Source of the DNA: Azolla caroliniana
Taxonomy: Eukaryota; Plantae; Polypodiophyta
DNA: 64,000 bases
NCBI GenBank assembly: GCA_043228905.1
Contig: JBHGNT010000015.1
Location: 1,984,001-2,048,000, forward strand
Direction: 5' to 3'
A model generated the notes under the pieces. The model was not told where the DNA came from. It worked only from the letters and a program-made list of their open reading frames with translations, and did no database searches. The first letter of the stretch is position 1. Every line of letters begins with the position of its first letter. A program made the translations under genes and the position numbers. Shown piece after piece: positions 48,272 to 58,803 of the stretch.

Positions 48272-50938
48272 ATGCATAAGTTAATATCTTTAAAGCATAT
48301 TTCTGTATCGTCTGTGTCGCCAAAACAACAGAAACGAGTGCAGATATCGAAACAGTCTGAGCCTTCGTGCCCTAGTTCGCCCAAACTCTGTTTTTCTGAT
48401 TTTCATCGCTACAGAAGCTGTGCAGATCTCCAACCGTCATCGACAAGTGATTCAGAACAAGCAAACACAGAAGTCATGCCGATTCCTGTGTCTGAAGAAC
48501 TGCGACTATGGCTTCATGAGAGAAACTTACAAGGTTTCATCAAAGTAGCAGAAGCGGAACCTCATCCGCAGGCGGAAGAATTGGTACAACAGTTAGACAT
48601 CACCAAGGTCACCACAAAGAAAATACGAAATGCATTACAGATGCCAAGAGGAGGCTTTGAGGCAGTTAAAAAACCTTCATCAGAAGCACTCCAATCGTAT
48701 TTCGGGGAATACTCACCCTCGGCAAAAGCATATCAGACTTATGGAGGTCGGGATGAGTTTTTCCATGAAGTGGCTAGATTTTTACTAGAGGTGGGATTTG
48801 TCAGTCCCCGTTTTTATTGTATGCCGAAAAAAAGGGCTGGGTTTATCATAGCCGCATACGAAAAGGAGGATTTCAACTGGCCACTATTGTTGGGGGAAGC
48901 TCTGAAAGAGCAGCTACAAGGGGTGAAAACAGGAAAACCAATGAAGCAAATTTTTGGTCGTTGGCTATCGGTATTGTTTCCGATTCAAGAATCGGAAATT
49001 CCTGTTCAGTCAAGAAGACCACCGATAGTACAAGCACCGCGAAGACACCGACAGGTAGTACATGAAGATTGGATAGAGGAAGAATCGGCACATGCCGATA
49101 ATATACAAACGGATACGCCTCAGTCGGAACCACCAAGACCAGAGAATTCCGAAAACAGGCAACCAGCAGCCGAACAAGAAACAGTTGACCATTTGATAAA
49201 CAAGCAGCAGCCGACAGAAAATCGACAACAACTAGAGAAGATGCGACAAAGGACAAGGGTTAAACAAAAGGCTAATAGGCAATTCCAACCAGAAAACAGT
49301 GATGGGTCAGCACCGAAAAGGCAACGCACAAAGGAAAATTCGAATATGCCTGTAGTAGCAGAAGTAATAAAACCAGGGAATGAGAGCATTTCGACACAAC
49401 CTCAACAAGGCCAATCTTCAAAAGTAGCAATTCGGGAAGCACATGGGTACTTGGATATTCCACCAGCAGCACATGAATTAGCTGCCATTTTACAGTTCGG
49501 AACTTCATACGAACTGGTTGAATGGTTGGCTAAAAGATTGACAGAAGTATTAGAACGGCTGGCTCAAGAACATAATGACCGAATAATGATACAGAAAGCC
49601 TTACGAGGAGTGTTGGAACCTCAAGAAAAAGCAGAGATAGAGAAAATCGGCCGGAAAAGAAGTGCACAGAATAGAGGGGAGGCTATTGAAATGCCACCAT
49701 TACATGAAGCACTGGTCGAAATTCATAAAGAATATGAAACGGCACGCAAAGCAGCCAGTGATATGGCTGAAAGATACAAAAGTGTATCAGCATCGGCGGA
49801 GGTGCTGAAACATCAGTTTTGTAACATACAGGCAGAAAATACAGAACTAAGAGAAAGTCTAAACAAATGGGAAACGCAGGCACGGCTTATGGCGTCGAAG
49901 TCAGAATGGCAACAGAAATTGGAGGACGCTGAGAAAGCACGTCAAGCAGAAACAACAAGGGCCAACAATGTTGTATTTCGAACTACAGAATTAGAAAAAC
50001 AAATAGAAACCATTCAGAATGGTCAATACAAAGTTCTCGAAGAAAAAAATCAATTAATAAACGAATTACAGAAAAATCTAGAAGAAGCTAAGACGGCCAA
50101 TCATACATATACCGAACAAATTGAAGAATTCGAAAGGTATATAGTGTCACAGGAAAGTCAATTGACAGAAAAAGAGCGGAGTCTTGAAGAAGTCAACAGA
50201 AGAATTACGGAACAGCAGGAGGAATGGAGCAAAGAGAAATCGGCATTCGAACAACAACTGAACGAAATTCGGAAGATATCGGAACAAAGACGGCTGGACA
50301 TATATGTAGTCGAATCCAAACTAATGCGAGCTGAAAGTGAAAACCGAGCCACTATTACGGATTTACGGAAAGAGTTGCAAACCGCCCAATACGTCGCAAG
50401 CATCACTAGGGACAAAGTGCAGCACATCATAGGGAAACATCGAAACCTAGCAAAGAAAATGATCGATGAATCCCTTGCGCAAGGATGGAAGTTATGGACG
50501 GCACAAGCGGCGGAACTACAGTTATTGCGTGCCGACAAAAATAACCGTCAGGTCCAAGGTGCAGGTTTTTTTAAAATGGCACAAAAGGATATTGACAATA
50601 TCCAAGAGGATATCATGAAAGATATGGACGAAATTGTGGCATTTTACAGAGAAGAAATTCAACGTATTATGCAAGAATTCGACAAAAATGATATAGGCAC
50701 TTCCGTCCAGTTGGATAAAATCGAAGCCGAAAGAACCAGCAAGACTCCTGGTCTTCAAGCTCCCGGAAGAAGTGAACCAGAGCAGCCAACCGAGTCACAA
50801 CATTCAAAACCTGCTCCGAATGACGACTGTGACACAGATGAAGATGAAGAGGAAGATATAGATGGAATACATCCAAGGCCAGAAGAGCCTTCGATTTTTG
50901 ATATTCTGAACGATTCGGATGAAGAGCTACAGGAATAG
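48272..50938 (+). CDS. Element A accessory ORF3, intact (888 aa; the Met at 48476 aligns with B's Met at 39978)
   Basis: Long uninterrupted ORF between pol and the 3' LTR; homologous to B ORF3; E/K/Q-rich heptad region; acidic tail. Confidence 0.85.
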   Translation: MHKLISLKHISVSSVSPKQQKRVQISKQSEPSCPSSPKLCFSDFHRYRSCADLQPSSTSDSEQANTEVMPIPVSEELRLWLHERNLQGFIKVAEAEPHPQAEELVQQLDITKVTTKKIRNALQMPRGGFEAVKKPSSEALQSYFGEYSPSAKAYQTYGGRDEFFHEVARFLLEVGFVSPRFYCMPKKRAGFIIAAYEKEDFNWPLLLGEALKEQLQGVKTGKPMKQIFGRWLSVLFPIQESEIPVQSRRPPIVQAPRRHRQVVHEDWIEEESAHADNIQTDTPQSEPPRPENSENRQPAAEQETVDHLINKQQPTENRQQLEKMRQRTRVKQKANRQFQPENSDGSAPKRQRTKENSNMPVVAEVIKPGNESISTQPQQGQSSKVAIREAHGYLDIPPAAHELAAILQFGTSYELVEWLAKRLTEVLERLAQEHNDRIMIQKALRGVLEPQEKAEIEKIGRKRSAQNRGEAIEMPPLHEALVEIHKEYETARKAASDMAERYKSVSASAEVLKHQFCNIQAENTELRESLNKWETQARLMASKSEWQQKLEDAEKARQAETTRANNVVFRTTELEKQIETIQNGQYKVLEEKNQLINELQKNLEEAKTANHTYTEQIEEFERYIVSQESQLTEKERSLEEVNRRITEQQEEWSKEKSAFEQQLNEIRKISEQRRLDIYVVESKLMRAESENRATITDLRKELQTAQYVASITRDKVQHIIGKHRNLAKKMIDESLAQGWKLWTAQAAELQLLRADKNNRQVQGAGFFKMAQKDIDNIQEDIMKDMDEIVAFYREEIQRIMQEFDKNDIGTSVQLDKIEAERTSKTPGLQAPGRSEPEQPTESQHSKPAPNDDCDTDEDEEEDIDGIHPRPEEPSIFDILNDSDEELQE

Positions 50939-50980
50939 GCGTGGGTTCGCTGGACAAGGTCCTGGCCCACGGACATGCCA
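50939..50980 (+). other. tRNA-Arg 3'-end-like sequence at the PPT position of element A
   Basis: GTGGGTTCG-ctggacaaggtcctgg-CCCACGGACATGCCA, ending 2 nt before the 3' LTR. Confidence 0.65.
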
Positions 50981-51439
50981 AGTGTTACCCGGACCCGGAC
51001 AGTCAGTTTTACCGAACAAGTGGGAAAGCGTCGAAAACGGAGTCGGTTCGGATCGACAGTTCAGATCAATGACTCAGCAGTAAACGAAGAGAACTAAGTT
51101 AGTTAGATAATTTTGTAATTCTTGATAGTAAGTAGGAATAGTTCTTGATGAGAAAAGACCTTCGGTATACCTATAAAAGGGAACCGAAGGCATTGTAAGA
51201 AAGGTCGTTTTATTTAGTAATATAAGTTTAAGTTAGGAATATCCTGTACGGATTCTGTGTTCTTTCTATTGTCTATGTTGTTAAGTGCAAGCTTCCTAAT
51301 TTATAACTAAGTAACGATCACGGTAATTACCGATTAATATAGTATAATTCCGTTCGTAAAACACAATTCCTTGTTAGAACGTTGAGTAGCGACGTTCACT
51401 CTTCTGTATCGGTAGTAGTTAGTAATTAGCCGATTAACA

Positions 51440-51860
51440 TTGTGTCTTCCTTGTACGTTTGGCCATCTTGTGACGAGGGAGCGTTTCAGGCTTGCCCATG
51501 CACCTATCCTCCTCATAAAGGCGTACTAGCATTTTGTGCGTGTGTTTATGTCTTCCTTGTACATTTGGTCATCTCGTGACGAGGGAGCATTCAGGCTTGC
51601 CCATGCACCTCTCCTCCTCATAAAGGCGTACTAGCATTTTGTGTGTGTGTTTGTGTCTTCCTTGTACGTTCAGCCATCTTGTGACGAGGGAGCATTTTCA
51701 GGCGTGCCCATGCACCTCTCCTCCTCTTAAAGGCGTACGAGCATTTGTCTGTGTGTTTTGTGTCTTCCTCGTACGTTCGACGTCTTGTGACGAGGGAGCA
51801 TTTAGGCGTGCCCATGCACCCCTCCTTCTCATAAAGACGTACGGGCATTCGTGTTTGTGT
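51440..51860. repeat. Tandem array, about 105-bp unit, 4 further copies (right part)
   Basis: Same unit as 31894-32625, resuming after the TSD. Confidence 0.92.
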
Positions 51861-51950
51861 TATCGTCCCCTTGTGCGTTCATCTAGCGTGCTCATCTTGC
51901 TTGTACCCATTTGATCACTTGGCTCGTGCGGTGATCTCGAAAGGTCGACA

Positions 51951-52230
51951 AGTCGTGATCCGAACATCAGTTACTAATTCCAAGAACAAGGTCGGAGCCC
52001 ATGTATGCCTCAGTCGTAGCAAAAACATATGAAAGGGAGTATATAATGCATCTATAGTAAATACTCCAACTCTAATGGAAATCGACACCATACATCGGCG
52101 CGGATCATTATCGGAAGAGGAAAAACAACGATGTTGAGCAAATCGGCTATGTCTTTATTGCGGTGGACCGGTAGTACTAAACCCGAGTCTATTCCAGAGT
52201 GTCTAATAGTCCTAATAGCCCAAACCTATC
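51951..52230 (+). pseudogene. Decayed Tcn1-like gag C-terminal fragment
   Basis: SEPMYASVVAK...TLMEIDT..RRGSLSEEEKQR..NRLCLYCGGP, similar to 22938-23423. Confidence 0.8.
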
Positions 52231-52396
52231 TGTTGAGAGTCGAACTCAACTTCCCATAGAGATAAGTTTCACACTAGCTCGTGGACACACCAGGCTAGTT
52301 TCGTAAATAGTTGAAAGGGCATTTGCCCTAGCCTAGTTGGTATTTAAACTAACCCTTTGTAACTTAGTGGTTGTTGGAAGTAATGTATAGTTTCTT

Positions 52397-52443
<47 letters not shown>

Positions 52444-53901
52444 GTGTCTTAACGTGCACACACGCACATACACACACACACACACACACACATAGTCATC
52501 TTCCGCTGCACTAAATCTCTCTCGATTCTTTACATGGTATCAGAGCATGTGGTTATCTGATCAAACTCGCTCAACTGTGTTGTGATCACAACACCAATGA
52601 TCATCAGAACCGGTTCAAGCAACAGAGAAGAAATCGAAATCACGAACACTCAGATGGGAAGCGCTCTTCCTACAAAGACGCTAGCTTGAACAAACTTCGC
52701 ATCATGGGAGTACAAGATGCATCAATACCTTGTCGAACAAGGCTAGTGGAGCTATATTGATGGTGCCCACGAAACACAACCCAACCCAACACATGCCGAC
52801 TACCCAACTTGGGAGCAAGTGGCGAGCCGTGTGTTGTACTGATTGCATCATGCGTTCATGATCACATGTTTGGCTACATTCGAGAGTCGAAAATGCCAAA
52901 AGAGGCGTGGGGCAATCTCAAGAAAATTTTCGCAGCCAACATGGCTGCAAGTAAGCTCCAACTCCGATAGGAGCTAAATAGTATTCAACAGAGGGACATG
53001 TCAATCTGGAACTACACCTTGAAGATCAAGGAGTTATATGATGCCCTCGGGTCAATTAATGTCATCATCGATGATAATGAAATGATGCAAATATGCCTCG
53101 ATTCAGCACAATAAGGTCGGCTGTTCTTGCAAGAGAGAATCCTCCCTCCTTTGATCTCCAGTCGATACTACTAGTCGAAGAAAACCATGTTCGACAAAGG
53201 AACAACTTACATGATCGTCAAATAATCTATTCGAACCTAGATGGAGGAAGAGGACAAGGTCGAGGAAATAAAGGCCAATTTGGACGAGGCCAATACAACC
53301 AAGAGCAACCCTGTGAAAACAACTTCTACTACCGACAAGATGCGTCAAACACGTGAGGCAGAGTGTCCGGAAGAAGGGGGAGCCATCTTGCCAGACCAAG
53401 CAGTCGTAACAACCCGATCAGATGCGAGTACTGCGGAAAACGTGGCCATAGCTTCAACTGGTCGACAACTCACAAACTACGCATTGAATTCCGACTACAA
53501 CGATCGTAGCGGAATGTTGATGATGAGGCACAAAGCGCACTCAATGGCGACACAAGGTGAAACAAGCACCACACCCTCAAATAATATATGGTGCGTTGAG
53601 TCGAGAGCATCCAATCATATGACATCTCATGAAGATTAGTTTCGAGAATTACGAAAACCCAAACAGTCTGGATATGTTGAAACAAGCGAACACACAACTC
53701 ATTCAATATGGCATATTGGGAATGTCCCATTCGGAAACGACGACAAAAACGTCCTGTGTCATGATATGACAAGACTCGAAACCATGACCTTATAGTATAT
53801 GGGTCGAGCTCTTAACCATCACCCCATCTATTGTAATTCATAAGATATTATTTTCATTTATGCTTTATTATAAGAAAGTCATGTATATTCTAGATTTCTC
53901 T

Positions 53902-53947
53902 GGAACATTCTAGAAGTTTCAGGATTACTCCTGAGAACACTATAAAA
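53902..53947 (+). promoter_or_regulatory. Heat-shock element (4 nGAAn units) plus TATA box in the Tcn1-like LTR
   Basis: GAAcaTTCtaGAAgtTTC at 53903-53920; TATAAAA at 53941. Confidence 0.7.
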
Positions 53948-56900
53948 GAAGGCACTAGGCATTATGTTGAACCAAATTGGTTCAACGCCAGTCTTAAGCC
54001 TCTTAGCCACTTTGTACTTATCCTTCACATAATATATAGTTGTTATAATCATCTCTCTCTCTCTCATCCTCGCTATCACTCTCTCCTCTTCTCTCTCTCT
54101 CTCTCTCTCTTGGGAATCTTACACAATCCCGTCCTCTTAGTACTAATAGTACTTCTCTTCTTTAGTACTAATTCTCTCTCTGTTTTAGTACTATTCCTGA
54201 CAGTTTGAACCAATTTTTTCCTCAGGCCTACTTGTCGTTCTCCCTCATCCTCCTACCCTTTTCCCTATACTATGGCTACTGTTAGCGCCCAAGAATATCA
54301 ATCCGTTTTCTCCGAGCTACAGTGCCTAAAAGAAAAATTTGTTGCCTTGGAACAAGAAAACCAACGGCTGATAGGGGATCTGCAACAAATTGCTCTAGGA
54401 AAACAACAAACGCAGCAACAACATGGGGAGTTAGTGTTACGGGTACAACAACTCGAAGCAAGATTGCAACAACAAGGATCAAGTCCCCAAGGATTTCATA
54501 AAGAGCCGAAGATTGGACTTCCTGTGAAATTTGATGGCACGCGATCGCAATTCCGGGGATTCCTTAATCAGGTACGATTAGTCATCCAAATGCATCCTTC
54601 CCGATACCCCACTGATGCATCCCGAGTCGGCCTAATAGGCACGTTGCTTAGCGGCTCAGCCTTAGCATGGTTCGCTCCGCTTCTAGAAAAACAATTGCCC
54701 TTGCTTAATAACTTTGAAGATTTTATTAGTGAGTTTAAAGCCTGCTTTGGAGACACCGACAGCATCAGGACGGCGATCAACAAGATCCGACGATTGCGTC
54801 AAGGCGATCGTCCAGATTCTGCCTACGCGGCGGATTTCCGTCTACTCGCCTCAGATATCCCCTGGGATGATCAGGCACTAATGGAGCAGTTTCGCTACGG
54901 CCTGCGAAACGATGTCAAAGATTTACTTTTAACCTTCCACGAAGAACCAAAGTCTCTTACGGAGGCAATCAGTCGAGCGGTCCGATGCGACAACCGCCTT
55001 TTTGAACGACGTTCGGAACGTCAATTACAAATACCACACTCTAGGCCGGAGCCCACTTACGCCTCAATCGTGGCTAAACCGTTTGCACGAGACATACCTC
55101 AAGCAAAGACTTCGACACCGATGGAGATCGATATCATGCATCGACGCGGCCCATTATAGGAAGAAGAAAAGCAACGACGACGTGCAAATTGATTATGTCT
55201 TTATTGCGGTGGACTAGGGCATATCGTAATCAATTGTCCCCATAGGCCAAGAAGACAGGTAAATGAAATTGTAACCTGTACTAAACCCAAGTCAATTCTT
55301 CCCTTAGGAGTGTCTGATAGTATTAATAGTACTAATAGAGTGTTTGATAGTATTAATAGTACTAATAGTCCAAGTATCTCAAACAAATTTGAAATCCTTA
55401 GTCAATTAGATGAAGAGTTAAACGATTGAGTCCAGCCAAAATAGGAGTCGTTTGGTTGGACAACCCTAGATCTTTACAACCCATTAGTGGTTCCACTCCC
55501 TCCAAGCAAGTTAGCAATGTGTTCCTAGCCCAAGTCATGGTTAGTACTAAAAGTACTCCCCTAGTACATGTCCTAGCACTTCTAGATTCCGGAGCTAATT
55601 TTTGTTTTATGGATCGAAATTTTGCCCAAGCTTCTGAGATACCCTTAAGAAAAATTCCTTGCCCCGCATCTGTAGTATTCATTGATGGTCGTCCCATTGC
55701 TTCCGGGAATATTGTAGAAGAGTTAGAACCCATTCAAGTTGTCCTAGGTAGTTTTGTGTGTGTAGTAGCATTTAATATAATTAGTAGTCCAGAGCATCCC
55801 ATTGTCCTGGGATTACCTTGGTTTGAATTACATAATCCAGACATAGATTGGAGAACAAGAGAAGTCCGACATCGACAACCCCAAGAATCTACTCATCGAG
55901 TTTCAACCATTTCACTACGTCAATTACGCGAAGAAGGACACAAGGAGGCAATGTTCCTATTTGCAATATCAGTACACCCTTCTAGCACTATTAAGAAGAA
56001 CTCCTCAGTACAACTTCCTGCAAAATATCATCCTTATGCCGATGTATTTGACAAGGTAAAAGCCAGTACCCTTCCTCATCACCATCCCTATGACTGTCCC
56101 ATCGATTTACAACCAGGAACCGAGCCACCATGGGGACCAATTTACAACTTGTCACCCACCGAGTTAGAAGTCCTTCGAGCCTACATAGAGAAGAACTTGG
56201 CAAGCGGGTTCATCCGTCATTCGAAATCTCCGGCCGGTGCACCCATCTTCTTTGTCAAGAAGAAAGATGGCTCACTTCGTCTCGTCGTTGATTACCGCGG
56301 ATTGAATAAGGTCACCATCCGGAATAGGTTTGCACTTCCTCTTATATCAAGTCTTTTAGAGCGAGTTAATGGTGCCAAGTTTTTTACCAAAATCGATCTA
56401 CAAGGAGCGTATAACCTCGTGCGGATCCGACCGGGATATGAATGGAAGACCGCCTTTCGCACGCGGTATGGGCATTTGGCGTATACTATTATGTCGTTCG
56501 GCCTAACCAACGCACCCGCAGTCTTCCAATGGCAAATGATATATTCAGAGACCTCTTGGATATCTGTTTGATCATCTATCTTGATGATCTATTGATTTAT
56601 TTGAAGACCCAGCAAGAGCACGATTCTCATGTACTATTAGTACTAAAGTGACTCCGCGAGAATGGTCTTTATGCCAAGCTAGAAAAATGTAGCTTTGACT
56701 GCAAGCAAGTGGAATTTCTAGGCTACGTCGTCTCCTCAAAGGGCATCGCCATGGATCCAGCTAAAGTCCAAACTGTACTAGAGTGGCAAATTCCACGGTC
56801 GATACGAGATGTACAATGTTTTCTAGGTTTTGCTAACTTCTACCGTAAGTTTATACAAGATTACTCAAAGATTATCCTACCCCTCACACAACTTACGAAG

Positions 56901-58687
56901 AAGGGCCAAGCATTTCTTTGGTCCATTGAAGCATATATGGCTTTTTGGCATCTTAAGAAAGCCTTTACATCAGCACCGATTCTAGCTCATGTGGATACTA
57001 GCAAACCATTCATCATGGAGGCCGATGCTTCAGATTTTGCCCTCGGTAGCATCCTTTCTCAACAAGGAGATAAAGAAGAGTTGCATCCGGTGGCTTTCCA
57101 TTCGCGCAAATTTGATGTTACGGAAATCAACTACGAAATACATGACAAGGAGTTATTAGCCATCATGGATTCATTTGTGCAATGGCGGCATTTCTTAGAG
57201 GGCTCTCCACATCAGGTCATCATCTTTAGTGATCACAAAAACCTTGCTTATTTCCCGAACGCTCGGGTGCTAAATCAACGGCAAGCTCGGTGGGCTCAAT
57301 TCCTCACGCGTTTCGACTTCAAAATCACATATCGACCGGGGAAGCAGCAAGGAAAAGCAGATGCGCTATCACGGCATTCATATCTTGCACCTTGTCCTGG
57401 TGATCCAGCATTTGATAATCAAAAGCAAGTAAGCTTGGGACCAACACGATTGCACACAACGCGGATTTTTCACACCCCAATGGATTCCTAGATTATAGAC
57501 ACCATATGTACGAGTTTGAAGATAGACAATTTTGCTCAAGACATTCTGGTGCACATTGATACCTCTCGGGCATCCTGTTCCCAGTCTTAGCAACTAGGTA
57601 TGGACTACCGACAATTCGAATATCATGATGGTTTGTTATTCTTTAAAAAGCTTGTATATGTCCCCGATTGCTCCTGTCGCCTTCAAATCATCCAAAGGTG
57701 TCACGACACCCATATGGCGGGACATTTCGGTAGCACTATGACGTTGGATCTAGTTCAACGATCCTTTTGGTGACCCCACATGCGACATTTTGTCGACGAC
57801 TACGTTCAGACCTATGATGCTTGCTGCCGAGCAAAGATGCCACGACACCATCCATATGGCTTGTTGGAACCCTTACCGATTCCAAGTAAGCCGTGGTAGT
57901 CTATTTGTCTTGATTTTATCACAGATTTTCCGGTCTCGAAGGGGTTCGATGCTATCTTAACCGTCTTCTATCGATATACGAAGATGGCACATTTTGTGCC
58001 GTGTACTAAGGCCATCACTAGCGAGGAAACCGCCACCCTTGTCATGCGTGAGGTATTTCGGCATCATGGCCTCCCAGACAGTATCATCAGTGACCGAGGA
58101 CTGCAATTTGTCTCCAAATTTTGGCAGCATCTCTTCAAGATGCTCAAGGTCTCTTGCAACCTCTCCTCTGGCTACCATCCTCAGACCGATGGGCAGGCGG
58201 AACGAACAAACCAAACGCTGGAGCAATATCTCCGGTGTTTCCTGAGTTATCAACAGGACGATTGGGCTGAGATTCTCCATTTTGCAGAGTTTGTGTATAA
58301 TAATGTTGTTCACTCCTCGACTCGAGTCTCCCTATTCTACGCTTATACCGTTTCTCATCCTCGTTGGTCGGTGATCGACACCCCGGAGCTACCTACCAAT
58401 CCTCACGCCGGGGATCATTTGGAGAGACTACGCAAGATCGAGACGGATCTCTCAACTCATCTTTGTCATGCTCAACAGACACAGAAGACTTACGTGGATC
58501 ATCATCGGCTTCCCTCCTCTTTTGCCATCGGAGATCGAGTATGGCTCTTACGTCGTCACATCAAGACTACTTGACCGTGCGACAAGTTGGATTATCAACG
58601 ACTCGGTCCTTTCCGTATTACCGGTAAGGTTACTGATGTTACGTTCCGCCTTGATCTTCCTCCGCATCTTCGGATACATCCAATCTT

Positions 58688-58803
58688 CCATAGTTCGCTT
58701 CTGGAACCTTATAAAGCAAACCCTATTCCCGATCGTGTTACACCACCATAGTTCTCTTCTGGAACCTTACAAAGCAAACATTATTCCCGATCGTGTTACA
58801 CCA
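58688..58803. repeat. Local tandem duplication (58-bp period) before the chromodomain
   Basis: CCATAGTTC...GTTACACCA starts at 58688 and again at 58746. Confidence 0.8.

Larger units (their letters stand above)
32626..51439 (+). mobile_element. Gypsy element A (Athila-like, AT-rich) with an extra ORF; hosts element B
   Basis: 457-bp LTRs at 32626-33082 and 50983-51439 (about 5 differences); TSD TTGTG (32621-32625, 51440-51444); PBS TGGCACGCCCGGT 33094-33106. Confidence 0.95.
31015..51950 (+). mobile_element. Probable solo LTR (about 2.1 kb net: 31015-32625 plus 51445-51950) with an internal tandem array, split by nested Gypsy A and B
   Basis: Ends TGTCG (31015) and CGACA (51950); CCTATAAAAGG near 31397; flanks are unrelated elements, so no TSD. 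Confidence 0.6.

Noticed and set aside
32626-51439. Idea that A and B are really minus-strand elements because a PBS-like motif adjoins the right LTR
   Set aside because: gag-pol, ORF3, LTR TATA boxes and normal 5' PBSs are all on the plus strand, and no minus-strand PPT lies inside the left LTR.
52398-52492. (CT)n/(CA)n and (AG)n microsatellites in several LTRs
   Set aside because: Common downstream-of-TATA features of plant LTRs; nothing specific to add.
54272-55159. Domesticated PEG10/RTL1-like gene
   Set aside because: Lies between LTRs with pol downstream and carries stops; ordinary chromovirus gag.
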